Of a DNA stretch of 64,000 bases, positions 1 through 9,224 are shown piece after piece. The notes below the pieces were generated by a model. That model saw only the letters and a list, made by a program, of their open reading frames with translations, did not search any database and was not told the origin of the DNA. Numbering within the stretch: the stretch's first letter is position 1; every line of letters starts with the position of its first letter. Position numbers and translations under genes: made by a program. This DNA is from Acidobacteriota bacterium (lineage in GTDB: Bacteria > Acidobacteriota > Thermoanaerobaculia > Multivoradales > J023): positions 293,144 to 357,143 of the forward strand of contig JBCCVZ010000005.1 in assembly GCA_039194425.1 (NCBI GenBank), in the 5' to 3' direction.

Positions 1-1
1 G

Positions 2-548
<547 letters not shown>

Positions 549-574
<26 letters not shown>

Positions 575-3002
575 TCTCGTCGCCTGGAGCATCGCCGGCC
601 TGATCGCGGTCGGCGTTCTGCTGTGGGCGACGCCACGGCTCCTGCCGCTGGCGCCGGAGCCGTGGACCATCTCGCGCCACGAGGCGCACTGGATCGCCCT
701 CGAGCGGCTGCGCGCCCTCGGGGAGCCGATCGCCGACGCCTACGTCGTCGAGCGCGTGCTCGGTGACATCGCCCTCGAGCGGCGGCTGCAGATCGATCTC
801 GGCGCCGGCGCGTCGGCCGAGCGGCTCGAGCGGTTCGCCGCGAGCCAGCTGGGCGATCGCCTGCTGGTCTGGGAAGTCGCCGTCTACGCGCCGGGGGCGC
901 AGGCCGGGGACTGGACCGACCGGGCCTGGATCAGCCTCGATGGCATGGTCACGATGCTGCGTCGTCGCGGACTGCCGGCCGACCCGCGCGCACCGAGTGA
1001 CGACGAGGCGCGCCGCCGCGCGCTGGAGCACCTGCGCGCTCAGGGCTTCGATCCGACATCCTTCACCGGCCAGCCGACGGTGCAGCGCGATCGATTGCCT
1101 GATCGCGAGCGGGTCTCGGTGCGCTTCGCGGTGCGCGAGCGGGTGCTCGACGAGCCGCGTCCTCACGGCTTCGAGGTTGTGTTCGAGGGCGCCGCGCTGC
1201 GCGGATTCCAGCCGTGGCTCGACGACCCGGCGATCACCGAGGTTCAGCGCGACGTCGCGCGCATGCAGATCGGCACCTACATTCGCTCCAGTCTCGGATT
1301 CTTTCTGCTGCCGCTGGTCGCGATTCCGTTCTTGCGCCGCTACCACGAGGGTCTGCTCGGCGTGCGGCGCGGCGTACAGATTTTCCTCGTCTGTTGTGGT
1401 TCGGGCGTCGTCTTCCTCGTCCTCTACGCCGAGGTCTTGTCGGCCGAGGGCGGCTTCGGCTTCGTCGAGCGCGAGCAGACGACCTGGTTGCTGGCGCTGC
1501 TGGTCTTCTCGCTGCAGCTGGTTCCCTATGCCGCCACCGGCATGATGGCGTGGTCGACCGGCGAGTCGTACGCCCGCGGCCTGTGGCCGCAGGATCTCGC
1601 CTCGGTCGACGCGCTGCTCGGCCTGCGCTGGAGCTCGGCGACGATGGCGCGGGCCGCTCTGCGCGGCGTCGCGGCCGGCCTCGTCGGCACCGCGGTGCTT
1701 TACGCCGGCGGCGTGATCGCGCGCCGCTTCGACGTCTGGCCGACCGCCGCCTACGTGTTCGGCAACAGTCTCGACGGACCGTGGCCCGGCGTGGTGCTGC
1801 TCACCGGCATCTTCGCCAGCGTCATCCCGCTACTGCTGGTCGCGTTCGTCTTTCTGCCGGCCTGGATAGCGTCGCATCTCGGCGGCCGACGCCTGGTCGC
1901 GGCGCTGGTCGCGTACGGCGCCCTGGTGGCGCTGATGCCGATGTTGATCGCGATGCCGCTCGGCGGCGGCTGGGTGCTGTGGGCGATCACCGCCGTTGTG
2001 CCGGTGCTGGCCTTCTACCGCGGCGATCTGCTCTCCGGGCTGCTCGCGTGTGTGACGATCCTCTGCGCGACGCAGGCGCTGCAGCTGGTCGCCGCCGAGG
2101 ACGTCGGCCTGCAGGTCCAGGGCTGGGCGGTGCTGCTGGCCGTCGGTGCGCCTCTTTGGGCCAGCCTGCGCAGCCTCGGTCGTGGCGCCGAGATCGAGTA
2201 CACCTGGGACGACGTGCCGCCGCACGTACGCCGTATCGCCGAGCGCGAGCGCCAGCGCGTCGAGCTCGAGACCGCGCGCGAGATTCAGAGCTCGATCCTG
2301 CCCGACGTGCCGCCACGGCTCGCCGGCGTCGAGCTGGCGCACTGCTATTTGCCGGCGTCGGAGGTCGGCGGTGACTTCTACGATGTCCAGGAGCTCGCCG
2401 ACGGCCGCCTGGCGGTGGCGATCGGCGACGTCGCCGGGCACGGGGTGTCGAGCGGCCTGGTGATGTCGATGGTGCGGGCGGCGCTGGCGGTCCAGCTACG
2501 GGTCGATCCGTCGGTCGACGCAGTGGTCGCGACTTTGAACCACATCGTCGTGCGCAGCGCGCGCCGTCGCCTGCTCTCGACTCTGCTCTACGCGGTTGTC
2601 GACCCGCACCGGGGGATCGTCACCTGGGCCAGCGCGGGGCACGTCTACCCCTATCGCCTCGCCGCGGAGGGCGGTGTCGAGGCGCTCGAATCGGCCGCCT
2701 ATCCGCTCGGCGTGCGCGATGCGCTCGAGCTGCCGGTGCGCGACGGTCGACTGGCGGCGGGGGACAGCCTCGTGCTCTACAGCGACGGTCTGGTCGAGGC
2801 GCGTGCCGAGGGGTCGGACGAGCTCTTCGGCTTCGAGCGCCTGGAGCGAACGCTACGCCGCGAAGGCGGTCGGGACCCGGCAGCTCTGCGCGACGCCGTG
2901 CTCGATGCGGTCGACGAGTTCACCCAGGGCGCGCCCCAGGAAGATGATCTCACCGTCCTGGTGCTTCGTCTCCCCGCGCCGCCGCACGCCGCGTCGCGCT
3001 GA
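549..3002 (+). CDS. Multi-TM membrane protein with C-terminal PP2C/SpoIIE (RsbU-like) phosphatase domain
   Basis: [37 protein letters not shown] and DDLTVLV motifs; many hydrophobic segments; start uncertain (26-bp overlap with icd). Confidence 0.88.
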
Positions 3003-3143
3003 TCCCGATCGAGCTAACTGCCGATCAAACAAAGGGCTCGGCGATCGGATGGACGTCGGGGGGATTGGAGTGCACGGCGCGACCTGATAGTCTTACCGCC
3101 TGCTTGCCGCCCCGTCCGCCCGCCGTGATCCACAGGAGACCCG

Positions 3144-4994
3144 ATGCCCAAGCAGGCCGTTCTCTACGACGAGAAAGCGATCCAAACGCTCGATCCGCTG
3201 ACCCATATCCGCAAGCGCACCGGCATGTACATCGGGCGTTTGGGCGACGGCACGGATCCCGACGACGGCATTTACGTGCTGCTCAAGGAGGTCGTCGACA
3301 ACGCCATCGACGAGTTCATCATGGGCAAGGGCAAGCGGATCGAGATCGAGCGCGACGGCGACACCGTGACCGTGCGCGATTTCGGACGCGGCATCCCGCT
3401 CGGCAAGGTGGTCGATTGCGTCTCGCGAATGCACACCGGCGGCAAGTACAACGACGACGTCTTTCAGTTCTCGGTCGGCCTCAACGGCGTCGGAACCAAG
3501 GCGGTGAACGCGCTGTCGACCGACTTCGAGGTCTGCTCGTGGCGCGAGGGCAAGTTCAAGCGCGCGCACTTCGTCCGCGGCAAGCTGCAGGCGGAGAAGG
3601 GCGGCAAGGAGACGACGGCGCGCGACGGCACGTTCGTGCGCTTCACGCCCGACCCCGAGATCTTCGGTGAGTACGGCTGGCGCGAAGAGCACATCGAGGA
3701 CCGTCTGCGCTACTACGCCTTCCTCAACACCGGGCTGACGCTGGTGTACAACGGTCGCGGCTTCGCGTCGAAGGGCGGCCTGCGCGACCTGCTCGCCGCG
3801 GAGCTCGGCGACGGTGAAGGCCACGGCGGCGGCGAAGGACGCGGCGACGTCGAGCCGCTCTACGACATCGTCCACACCAAAGAAGACAAGCTCGAGTTCG
3901 CCTTCACCCACACCAACAGCTACGGCGAGAAGTACTACAGCTTCGTCAACGGCCAGCACACGTCGGACGGCGGTACACACCAGAGCGCGTTCCGTGAGGG
4001 CCTGCTGCGTGGCATCAACGAGTTCGCCGGCAAGAGCTTCGCCGGCGCCGACGTGCGCGACGGCCTGATCGGCGCGGTGGCCGTGAAGATCCAGGAGCCG
4101 GTGTTCGAGAGCCAGACCAAGAACAAGCTCGGTTCGACCGACGTGCGGCCCTGGATCGTCGAAGCGACGCGCCAGTCGGTGATGGTGTGGCTGCACAAGA
4201 ACGCCGACGTCGCCGAGCGCGTGATGCGCAAGATCGAGCAGAACGAGAAACTGCGCAAAGAGCTGCACGCGGTGAAGAAGAAGGCGCGCGAGCGCGCCAA
4301 GGCGACGGCGATCCGCATCCCCAAGCTCACCGACTGCAAGATCCACTTCGACACCAAGAAGCCGCGCGCCGACGAAAGCACGATCTTCCTCACCGAGGGC
4401 GACTCGGCGGGCGGCTCGATGGTGCAGTCGCGCGATGTCGATACACAGGCGATCTTCTCGCTGCGCGGCAAGCCGCAGAACACCTACTCGCTCGACCGCG
4501 CCGCGCTCTACAAGAACGAAGAGCTGTACAATATCATGCGAGCTCTCGGCATCGAGGAGTCGGTCGACGACCTGCGCTACAACCGGGTCGTTCTCGCCAC
4601 CGACGCCGATGTCGACGGCATGCACATCCGCAATCTCTTGCTGACCTACTTCCTGCGTTACTTTGAAGAGCTCGTCCTGCGCGGCCATGTCTACATCTTC
4701 GAGACACCGCTCTTCCGTGTGCGCAACAAGAAGGAAACCGTCTACTGCTATAGCGAGGCCGAGCGCCGCGCCGCCACCGAGCGCCTGCGCGGCCCGGAGA
4801 CGACCCGCTTCAAGGGCCTGGGCGAGATCTCGCCGCACGAGATGAAGCGCCTCATGGGCGCCGACATCCGCCTGGTGCCGGTGCAGATCAAAAAGATGAG
4901 CGAAGTCACCCGCGCGCTCGAGTTCTACATGGGCAAGAACACCCCCAAGCGCAAGGACTTCATTGTCGAGAACCTGATCTCGGAGGCGGTGTGA
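3144..4994 (+). CDS. parE: DNA topoisomerase IV subunit B (type IIA, GyrB/ParE family)
   Basis: HIRKRTGMYIG, EVVDNAIDE, GLNGVG, TEGDSAGG, DADVDGMHI and RFKGLGE motifs; RBS AGGAG upstream; 616 aa. Confidence 0.9.
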   Translation: MPKQAVLYDEKAIQTLDPLTHIRKRTGMYIGRLGDGTDPDDGIYVLLKEVVDNAIDEFIMGKGKRIEIERDGDTVTVRDFGRGIPLGKVVDCVSRMHTGGKYNDDVFQFSVGLNGVGTKAVNALSTDFEVCSWREGKFKRAHFVRGKLQAEKGGKETTARDGTFVRFTPDPEIFGEYGWREEHIEDRLRYYAFLNTGLTLVYNGRGFASKGGLRDLLAAELGDGEGHGGGEGRGDVEPLYDIVHTKEDKLEFAFTHTNSYGEKYYSFVNGQHTSDGGTHQSAFREGLLRGINEFAGKSFAGADVRDGLIGAVAVKIQEPVFESQTKNKLGSTDVRPWIVEATRQSVMVWLHKNADVAERVMRKIEQNEKLRKELHAVKKKARERAKATAIRIPKLTDCKIHFDTKKPRADESTIFLTEGDSAGGSMVQSRDVDTQAIFSLRGKPQNTYSLDRAALYKNEELYNIMRALGIEESVDDLRYNRVVLATDADVDGMHIRNLLLTYFLRYFEELVLRGHVYIFETPLFRVRNKKETVYCYSEAERRAATERLRGPETTRFKGLGEISPHEMKRLMGADIRLVPVQIKKMSEVTRALEFYMGKNTPKRKDFIVENLISEAV

Positions 4995-5022
4995 GACGCA
5001 GACGCCACGAGAGGGCCATTGC

Positions 5023-5703
5023 ATGAGCTCGACCGTTCCGACCGAGCCTTTCGTCGCGGTGATCGGCGACCTCGTCGGCTCACGCCAGATCGAAGACCGT
5101 GCTGCGGCGCAAGAGCGGCTGGTCGAGGTGCTCGAGCTTCTGAACACGAAATACCGAGAGCACGTCGCCTCGCGCTTCGTGGTCACGTTGGGCGACGAGT
5201 TCCAGGGATTGCTCGCGATCGATGCGCCGGTCGACGGTCTCTGGTGGACCTACCAGCGTGAGATGCCCTACCCCACGCACTTCGGCTTCGGCTTCGGTAC
5301 CCTCGCCACTCCCCTCAAGGCCGAGGCGCTGGGCATGGATGGACCGTGCTGGTACGCGGCGCGGTCTGCCCTCGAGCTCGCTGAAGTCGAAGCTCGGAGG
5401 TTCACCGTCGAGATTGTCGGAGAACCAGCGACGTCGCGCCGACTCAACAAGATCATCTCGCTCATTGATCGAACGATGGAGCGCTGGACCCCGAAACAAC
5501 TCGATACTGTGCTCCTTCTCCAAGAGCTCGAGTCCCAGCTCGAGGTCGCCGAAAGTAGAGGTGTCAAGGCGCAAACGGTCAGTGGGTCGCTGGAAGCGAG
5601 TTTGGGACAAGACGTCCTGGACTCGATCAGCGGAGTGCTGGAATTGGCACAGTCCATCTCAAGAACCAGTCCATCTCAAGAACAACGAGTCGAAATCGGC
5701 TGA
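5023..5703 (+). CDS. SatD-family protein (nucleotide-cyclase-like palm domain plus C-terminal HTH)
   Basis: AVIGDLVGSR, TLGDEFQGLL and MDGPCWYAARSAL motifs; C-terminal WTPKQ...SQLEVAESRGVKAQTVS HTH-like segment. Confidence 0.8.
   Translation: MSSTVPTEPFVAVIGDLVGSRQIEDRAAAQERLVEVLELLNTKYREHVASRFVVTLGDEFQGLLAIDAPVDGLWWTYQREMPYPTHFGFGFGTLATPLKAEALGMDGPCWYAARSALELAEVEARRFTVEIVGEPATSRRLNKIISLIDRTMERWTPKQLDTVLLLQELESQLEVAESRGVKAQTVSGSLEASLGQDVLDSISGVLELAQSISRTSPSQEQRVEIG
5650..5683. repeat. Perfect 17-bp tandem duplication CAGTCCATCTCAAGAAC x2 near the satD 3' end
   Basis: Read directly from the sequence. Confidence 0.9.
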
Positions 5704-5848
5704 TCGAAAGTTAATCAGCCGAAATCGGCTGATCGAAAGTTAATCAGCCGAAATCGGCTGATCGAAAGTTAATCAGCCGAAATCGGCTGATGCGCCAAGA
5801 ATCAATCGAGCACGGCAGATTCAGTGAGATCGTCCGAATTCAGTTGGC
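5685..5848. repeat. Array of 20-bp palindromic units (ATCAGCCGA-AA-TCGGCTGAT) at 28-29 bp period; perfect 29-bp tandem core at 5691-5791
   Basis: Units start at 5685 (3 mismatches), 5714, 5743, 5772 (perfect), 5801 (14/20) and 5829 (13/20); spacers CGAAAGTTA x3, GCGCCAAGA, TCAGTGAG. Confidence 0.9.
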
Positions 5849-5878
5849 CCATCAACAACCTGCTGAAGACTTCGCCCG

Positions 5879-6679
5879 ATGAGCCCGCCATTGCCCACGA
5901 TCCTCCTCGTCGCTGCCTATGCCGTGACCGAGTATGGAGTTCCCCAGACTCCGGGACAACCGATCCGGCTCAAGGGGGCATTTTGGCGTGCCGGAGGATT
6001 CTTGGCGCTCGCCGGGGCTTTGATCGCGCCATGGCTGACGCCGGTGTCGATCGCGCTTCTCGGCGTCGTCGCGATCATCCGAGAGCTGTCTCGCTCTGGA
6101 GTCGCCTGGCTCGACAACCGGATCCCGAACCATCAGCTCTACTGGCAATCCGTCCTCCTCGGAATGCACCTTTTGCTTCTGCTGAGCTGGTTGAAGATCT
6201 GCGGCGAGCAGCTCGCACGCGACGCGCCGACAGGCTTCCGACGGGTTCTCGTCGAACCCCTTCTCGGATCGACGCTCCTCGAGTTGACGGGGCTCATCGT
6301 AGCCGTCGGGGGAGGGACCGTCTTCATCCGAACTCTGCTGAGCCAGATCGGGCGACCTCGGGAGGCCGACAGCCACAGTCAGCAAGCAAGCAGCTTTCCG
6401 GACGAGGAAGAGATCCGAATGGGCAGGATCATCGGCAACCTCGAGCGAGTTCTGATCTTCGTGCTAGCCCTGAACGGGCAGCTCGACGCCATCGGTCTCG
6501 TTCTCGCTGCGAAGTCCCTCGCCCGATTCAAAGAGCTCGAAGACAAGCGCTTTAGCGAGTACTACCTCCTCGGTACCTTGAGCAGCACGCTCTTCGCCCT
6601 GTTCGCGGCATGGTTGACCGCTGCGGCGACGGACGCGTTCTACCCCGGCGCACACGGAATTCTGACCTCCGTGCTGTAG
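5879..6679 (+). CDS. DUF3307-like integral membrane protein (usual SatD partner)
   Basis: Multiple TM helices; C-terminal GRIIGNLERVLI...AAKSLARFKEL...FSEYYLLGTLSS motif; lies directly after satD. Confidence 0.72.
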   Translation: MSPPLPTILLVAAYAVTEYGVPQTPGQPIRLKGAFWRAGGFLALAGALIAPWLTPVSIALLGVVAIIRELSRSGVAWLDNRIPNHQLYWQSVLLGMHLLLLLSWLKICGEQLARDAPTGFRRVLVEPLLGSTLLELTGLIVAVGGGTVFIRTLLSQIGRPREADSHSQQASSFPDEEEIRMGRIIGNLERVLIFVLALNGQLDAIGLVLAAKSLARFKELEDKRFSEYYLLGTLSSTLFALFAAWLTAAATDAFYPGAHGILTSVL

Positions 6680-6708
6680 CGGATGCCTACTCTCTCGAAA
6701 GGACTCGG

Positions 6709-8628
6709 ATGACCTACGTCGAGCCGCTGATGCGGCGCAATTTTCTCGAGTACGCGAGCTACGTGATCGTCGATCGGGCGATTCCGGATCTGCGCGACGG
6801 CTGCAAGCCGGTGCAGCGGCGGATCCTGTGGACGCTCTTTGAGATGGACGACGGGCGCTTCCACAAGGTGGCGAATGTGATCGGCGAGTCGATGAAGCTG
6901 CATCCGCACGGCGACGCGTCGATCGGCGACGCGCTGGTGGTGCTGGCGAACAAGGAGTACTTCATCGAGCGGCAGGGTAACTTCGGGAACATCCTGACGG
7001 GACACCCCGCGGCGGCCTCGCGCTACATCGAGTGTCGGCTCACCGACCTCGCCCGCGACACGCTCTTCCAGCCCAAGCTGACGCAGATGCAGGCGTCGTA
7101 CGACGGGCGCAAGGACGAGCCGGTCTTCCTGCCGGTGAAGCTGCCGGTGACGCTGATGCTCGGCATCGAAGGCATCGCCGTCGGTATGTCGACACGGGTG
7201 CTGCCGCACAACTTCGCCGAGCTGCTACAGGCTCAGATCGATCTGCTCGAGGGGCGTGGGGTCTCCCTGCTGCCGGACTTCCGGCAGGGCGGCCTGATGG
7301 ACGCGGAGGAGTACGACGAAGGACGCGGCAAGGTGCGGGTGCGTGCGCGGGTCGAGACGTCGAAGGATCGCAAGACGCTCACCATCCGCGAGATCCCGTA
7401 CTCGACGACCACCGAGAGTCTGATCGCGTCGATCGAGCAGGCGAGCCAGAAAGGCAAGATCAAGGTCGCCTCGATCGACGACCGCACCGCCGAGGACGTC
7501 GAGATCGTCGTCCACCTGCCGCGCGGAGTCTACGCCGACGAGGTCGAGCCGCGGCTCTACGCCTACACCCAATGCGAGGTCTCGATCACCTCGAACCTGA
7601 CGCTGATCTTCAACGACCGCCCGGCCGAGCTGTCGGTCACGGAGGTGCTCGAGGCGCTCACCACGCGCCTGCGCGACCAGATCCGCGCCGAGCTTCAGCT
7701 CGAGCTCGGCGAGCTCGAGGACCGCCAGCACTGGCTCACTCTCGAGCAGATCTTCATCGAGAACCGGGTCTACAAGCGCATCGAGACCGCCAAGACCGCC
7801 GACGCGGTACGCGCCGAGGTGTGGACGGGGATGAAGCCGTACGAGGAGTTCTTCGTCCGGCCGATGGTCGACGACGACGTCGACCGCCTGCTCAAGATCC
7901 CGATTCGGCGCATCTCGCTCTACGACATCGAGAAGTGGCGCAAAGAGATCGACGACATCGTCGCCCGCATCAAGACCACGCGTGGCAAGCTGAAGCGGCT
8001 GACGCGCACGACCATCACGTACCTCGAGGGCGTGCTGGAGAAATACGGCTCGCAGTGGCCGCGGCGGACGACCATCGAGAGCTTCGACGTGGTGTCGAAG
8101 AAGGAGGTAGCGCGGGCCAACCTCAAGCTCTCGTACGATCGCGAGACCGGCCTCTTCGGAACCGACGTCAAGGGGTCGGAGTTCGAGCTCACGCTCAGCG
8201 AGTACGGCAAGGCGCTCGTCGTGTCCAAAGACGAAGGCTGGTACAAGGTGGTCGGCGTCGAAGAGAAGGTCTTCGTCGGTCAGAAGGTGCTCGAGATCGT
8301 GCCGTTCGACGACGACCAAGGCGTCGTGCTCACCTACGTCTACCGCGACGCCGAGCGCAATGGCTGGGGCAAGCGCATCCACGTCACAGGGTTCATCCGC
8401 GACAAGGAGTACGACCTGGTGAAGGATCGTGACGGCAAGGTCGTGCGTTTGTGGGTCGGCGAGCCGGCGATCGAGGTGCACATGGCGTACGTGCCGAAGA
8501 AGCGCCAGCGAGTCAACGAGAGCACGTATGACCTGCGCGAGCTCCGGGTTGTCGGCCTGGCGGCGCGTGGCCAGCGGATGGCTCCGAAGCCGGTGCAACG
8601 CTTCAAGTTCCGCAAGGCCGGCGGCTGA
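6709..8628 (+). CDS. parC: DNA topoisomerase IV subunit A (GyrA/ParC family)
   Basis: EYASYVIVDRAIPDLRDGCKPVQRRIL, HPHGDASI, QGNFG and catalytic AASRYIE; start moved to ATG 6709 (AAAGGA upstream). Confidence 0.9.
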   Translation: MTYVEPLMRRNFLEYASYVIVDRAIPDLRDGCKPVQRRILWTLFEMDDGRFHKVANVIGESMKLHPHGDASIGDALVVLANKEYFIERQGNFGNILTGHPAAASRYIECRLTDLARDTLFQPKLTQMQASYDGRKDEPVFLPVKLPVTLMLGIEGIAVGMSTRVLPHNFAELLQAQIDLLEGRGVSLLPDFRQGGLMDAEEYDEGRGKVRVRARVETSKDRKTLTIREIPYSTTTESLIASIEQASQKGKIKVASIDDRTAEDVEIVVHLPRGVYADEVEPRLYAYTQCEVSITSNLTLIFNDRPAELSVTEVLEALTTRLRDQIRAELQLELGELEDRQHWLTLEQIFIENRVYKRIETAKTADAVRAEVWTGMKPYEEFFVRPMVDDDVDRLLKIPIRRISLYDIEKWRKEIDDIVARIKTTRGKLKRLTRTTITYLEGVLEKYGSQWPRRTTIESFDVVSKKEVARANLKLSYDRETGLFGTDVKGSEFELTLSEYGKALVVSKDEGWYKVVGVEEKVFVGQKVLEIVPFDDDQGVVLTYVYRDAERNGWGKRIHVTGFIRDKEYDLVKDRDGKVVRLWVGEPAIEVHMAYVPKKRQRVNESTYDLRELRVVGLAARGQRMAPKPVQRFKFRKAGG

Positions 8629-8644
8629 GGCAGGGCCCTGCCTC
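8627..8644. terminator. Perfect 18-bp palindrome GAGGCAGGGCCCTGCCTC at the parC stop (possible terminator hairpin)
   Basis: Self-complementary; no U-tract. Confidence 0.4.
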
Positions 8645-8681
8645 GCCAGGATCACCTGATAGACTCGCGGTTCGCCGCCTG

Positions 8682-9095
8682 ATGAATCCCGTTCCGATGG
8701 AGAGTTGCCCGCCGATGAGTGACGAGAGCTCCGCAGACCATGACTCCTCAGACCATGACTCCTCAGACCATGAAGAACGACGCAGCAGCCCGCGTGTCGA
8801 GAAGATCAACTTGGTGCAGGTGAGCCGCTTCGACGAAGAAGGGTTCCGCGCCGACCTGGCCGCCGGACGCACGGTGAACCTGTCGCGCGGCGGGGTTCGC
8901 ATCGAGCTTCACCATTCGCTGCCGCTCCGTTCCGAAGTGCGCATCGACGTCGCGGTCGGAGAGCAGGTGGTCGGCGTCGATGGCAAAGTCGTTCATCTGC
9001 AGGCGGTGGGCGAGGATCGCTGCGAGATCGGCATCGCGTTCGAGAATCTCGACGCCGAGACCGAGGCGCTGATCGCCGAGTACATCGACGACTGA
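8682..9095 (+). CDS. PilZ-domain protein (putative c-di-GMP receptor)
   Basis: ERRSSPR (RxxxR) and NLSRGG (D/NxSxxG) motifs; N-terminal DHDSS repeats from a 15-bp repeat at 8734-8773. Confidence 0.85.
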   Translation: MNPVPMESCPPMSDESSADHDSSDHDSSDHEERRSSPRVEKINLVQVSRFDEEGFRADLAAGRTVNLSRGGVRIELHHSLPLRSEVRIDVAVGEQVVGVDGKVVHLQAVGEDRCEIGIAFENLDAETEALIAEYIDD

Positions 9096-9101
9096 AGAAT
9101 C

Positions 9102-9133
9102 CGGCTGCGACGACCGGCCGATCGTCGCAGCCG
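9102..9133. terminator. 12-bp stem hairpin between convergent genes
   Basis: CGGCTGCGACGA / TCGTCGCAGCCG with an 8-nt loop. Confidence 0.6.
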
Positions 9134-9150
9134 ATCGGTCACCAGCTTGA

Positions 9151-9224
9151 AGGCACCCAGTCTCAAGGTGCTCAGCCTCAGGACACACAGCCTCAGGCCA
9201 CACAGCCGCAGGACACCCAGCTCA
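9151..9224. repeat. Degenerate 15-bp tandem repeat x5 (consensus about GGACACACAGCCTCA)
   Basis: Units at 9151, 9166, 9181, 9196 and 9211. Confidence 0.8.

Noticed and set aside
3093-5186. 697-aa antisense ORF over parE (similarly 7225-8655, 9582-11900, 34733-37096, 60047-62077)
   Set aside because: Shadow ORFs expected from high-GC codon bias opposite well-supported genes; no motifs.
5685-5848. 29-bp-period array as a CRISPR array
   Set aside because: Spacers are only 8-9 nt, three are identical, and no cas genes are in the window.
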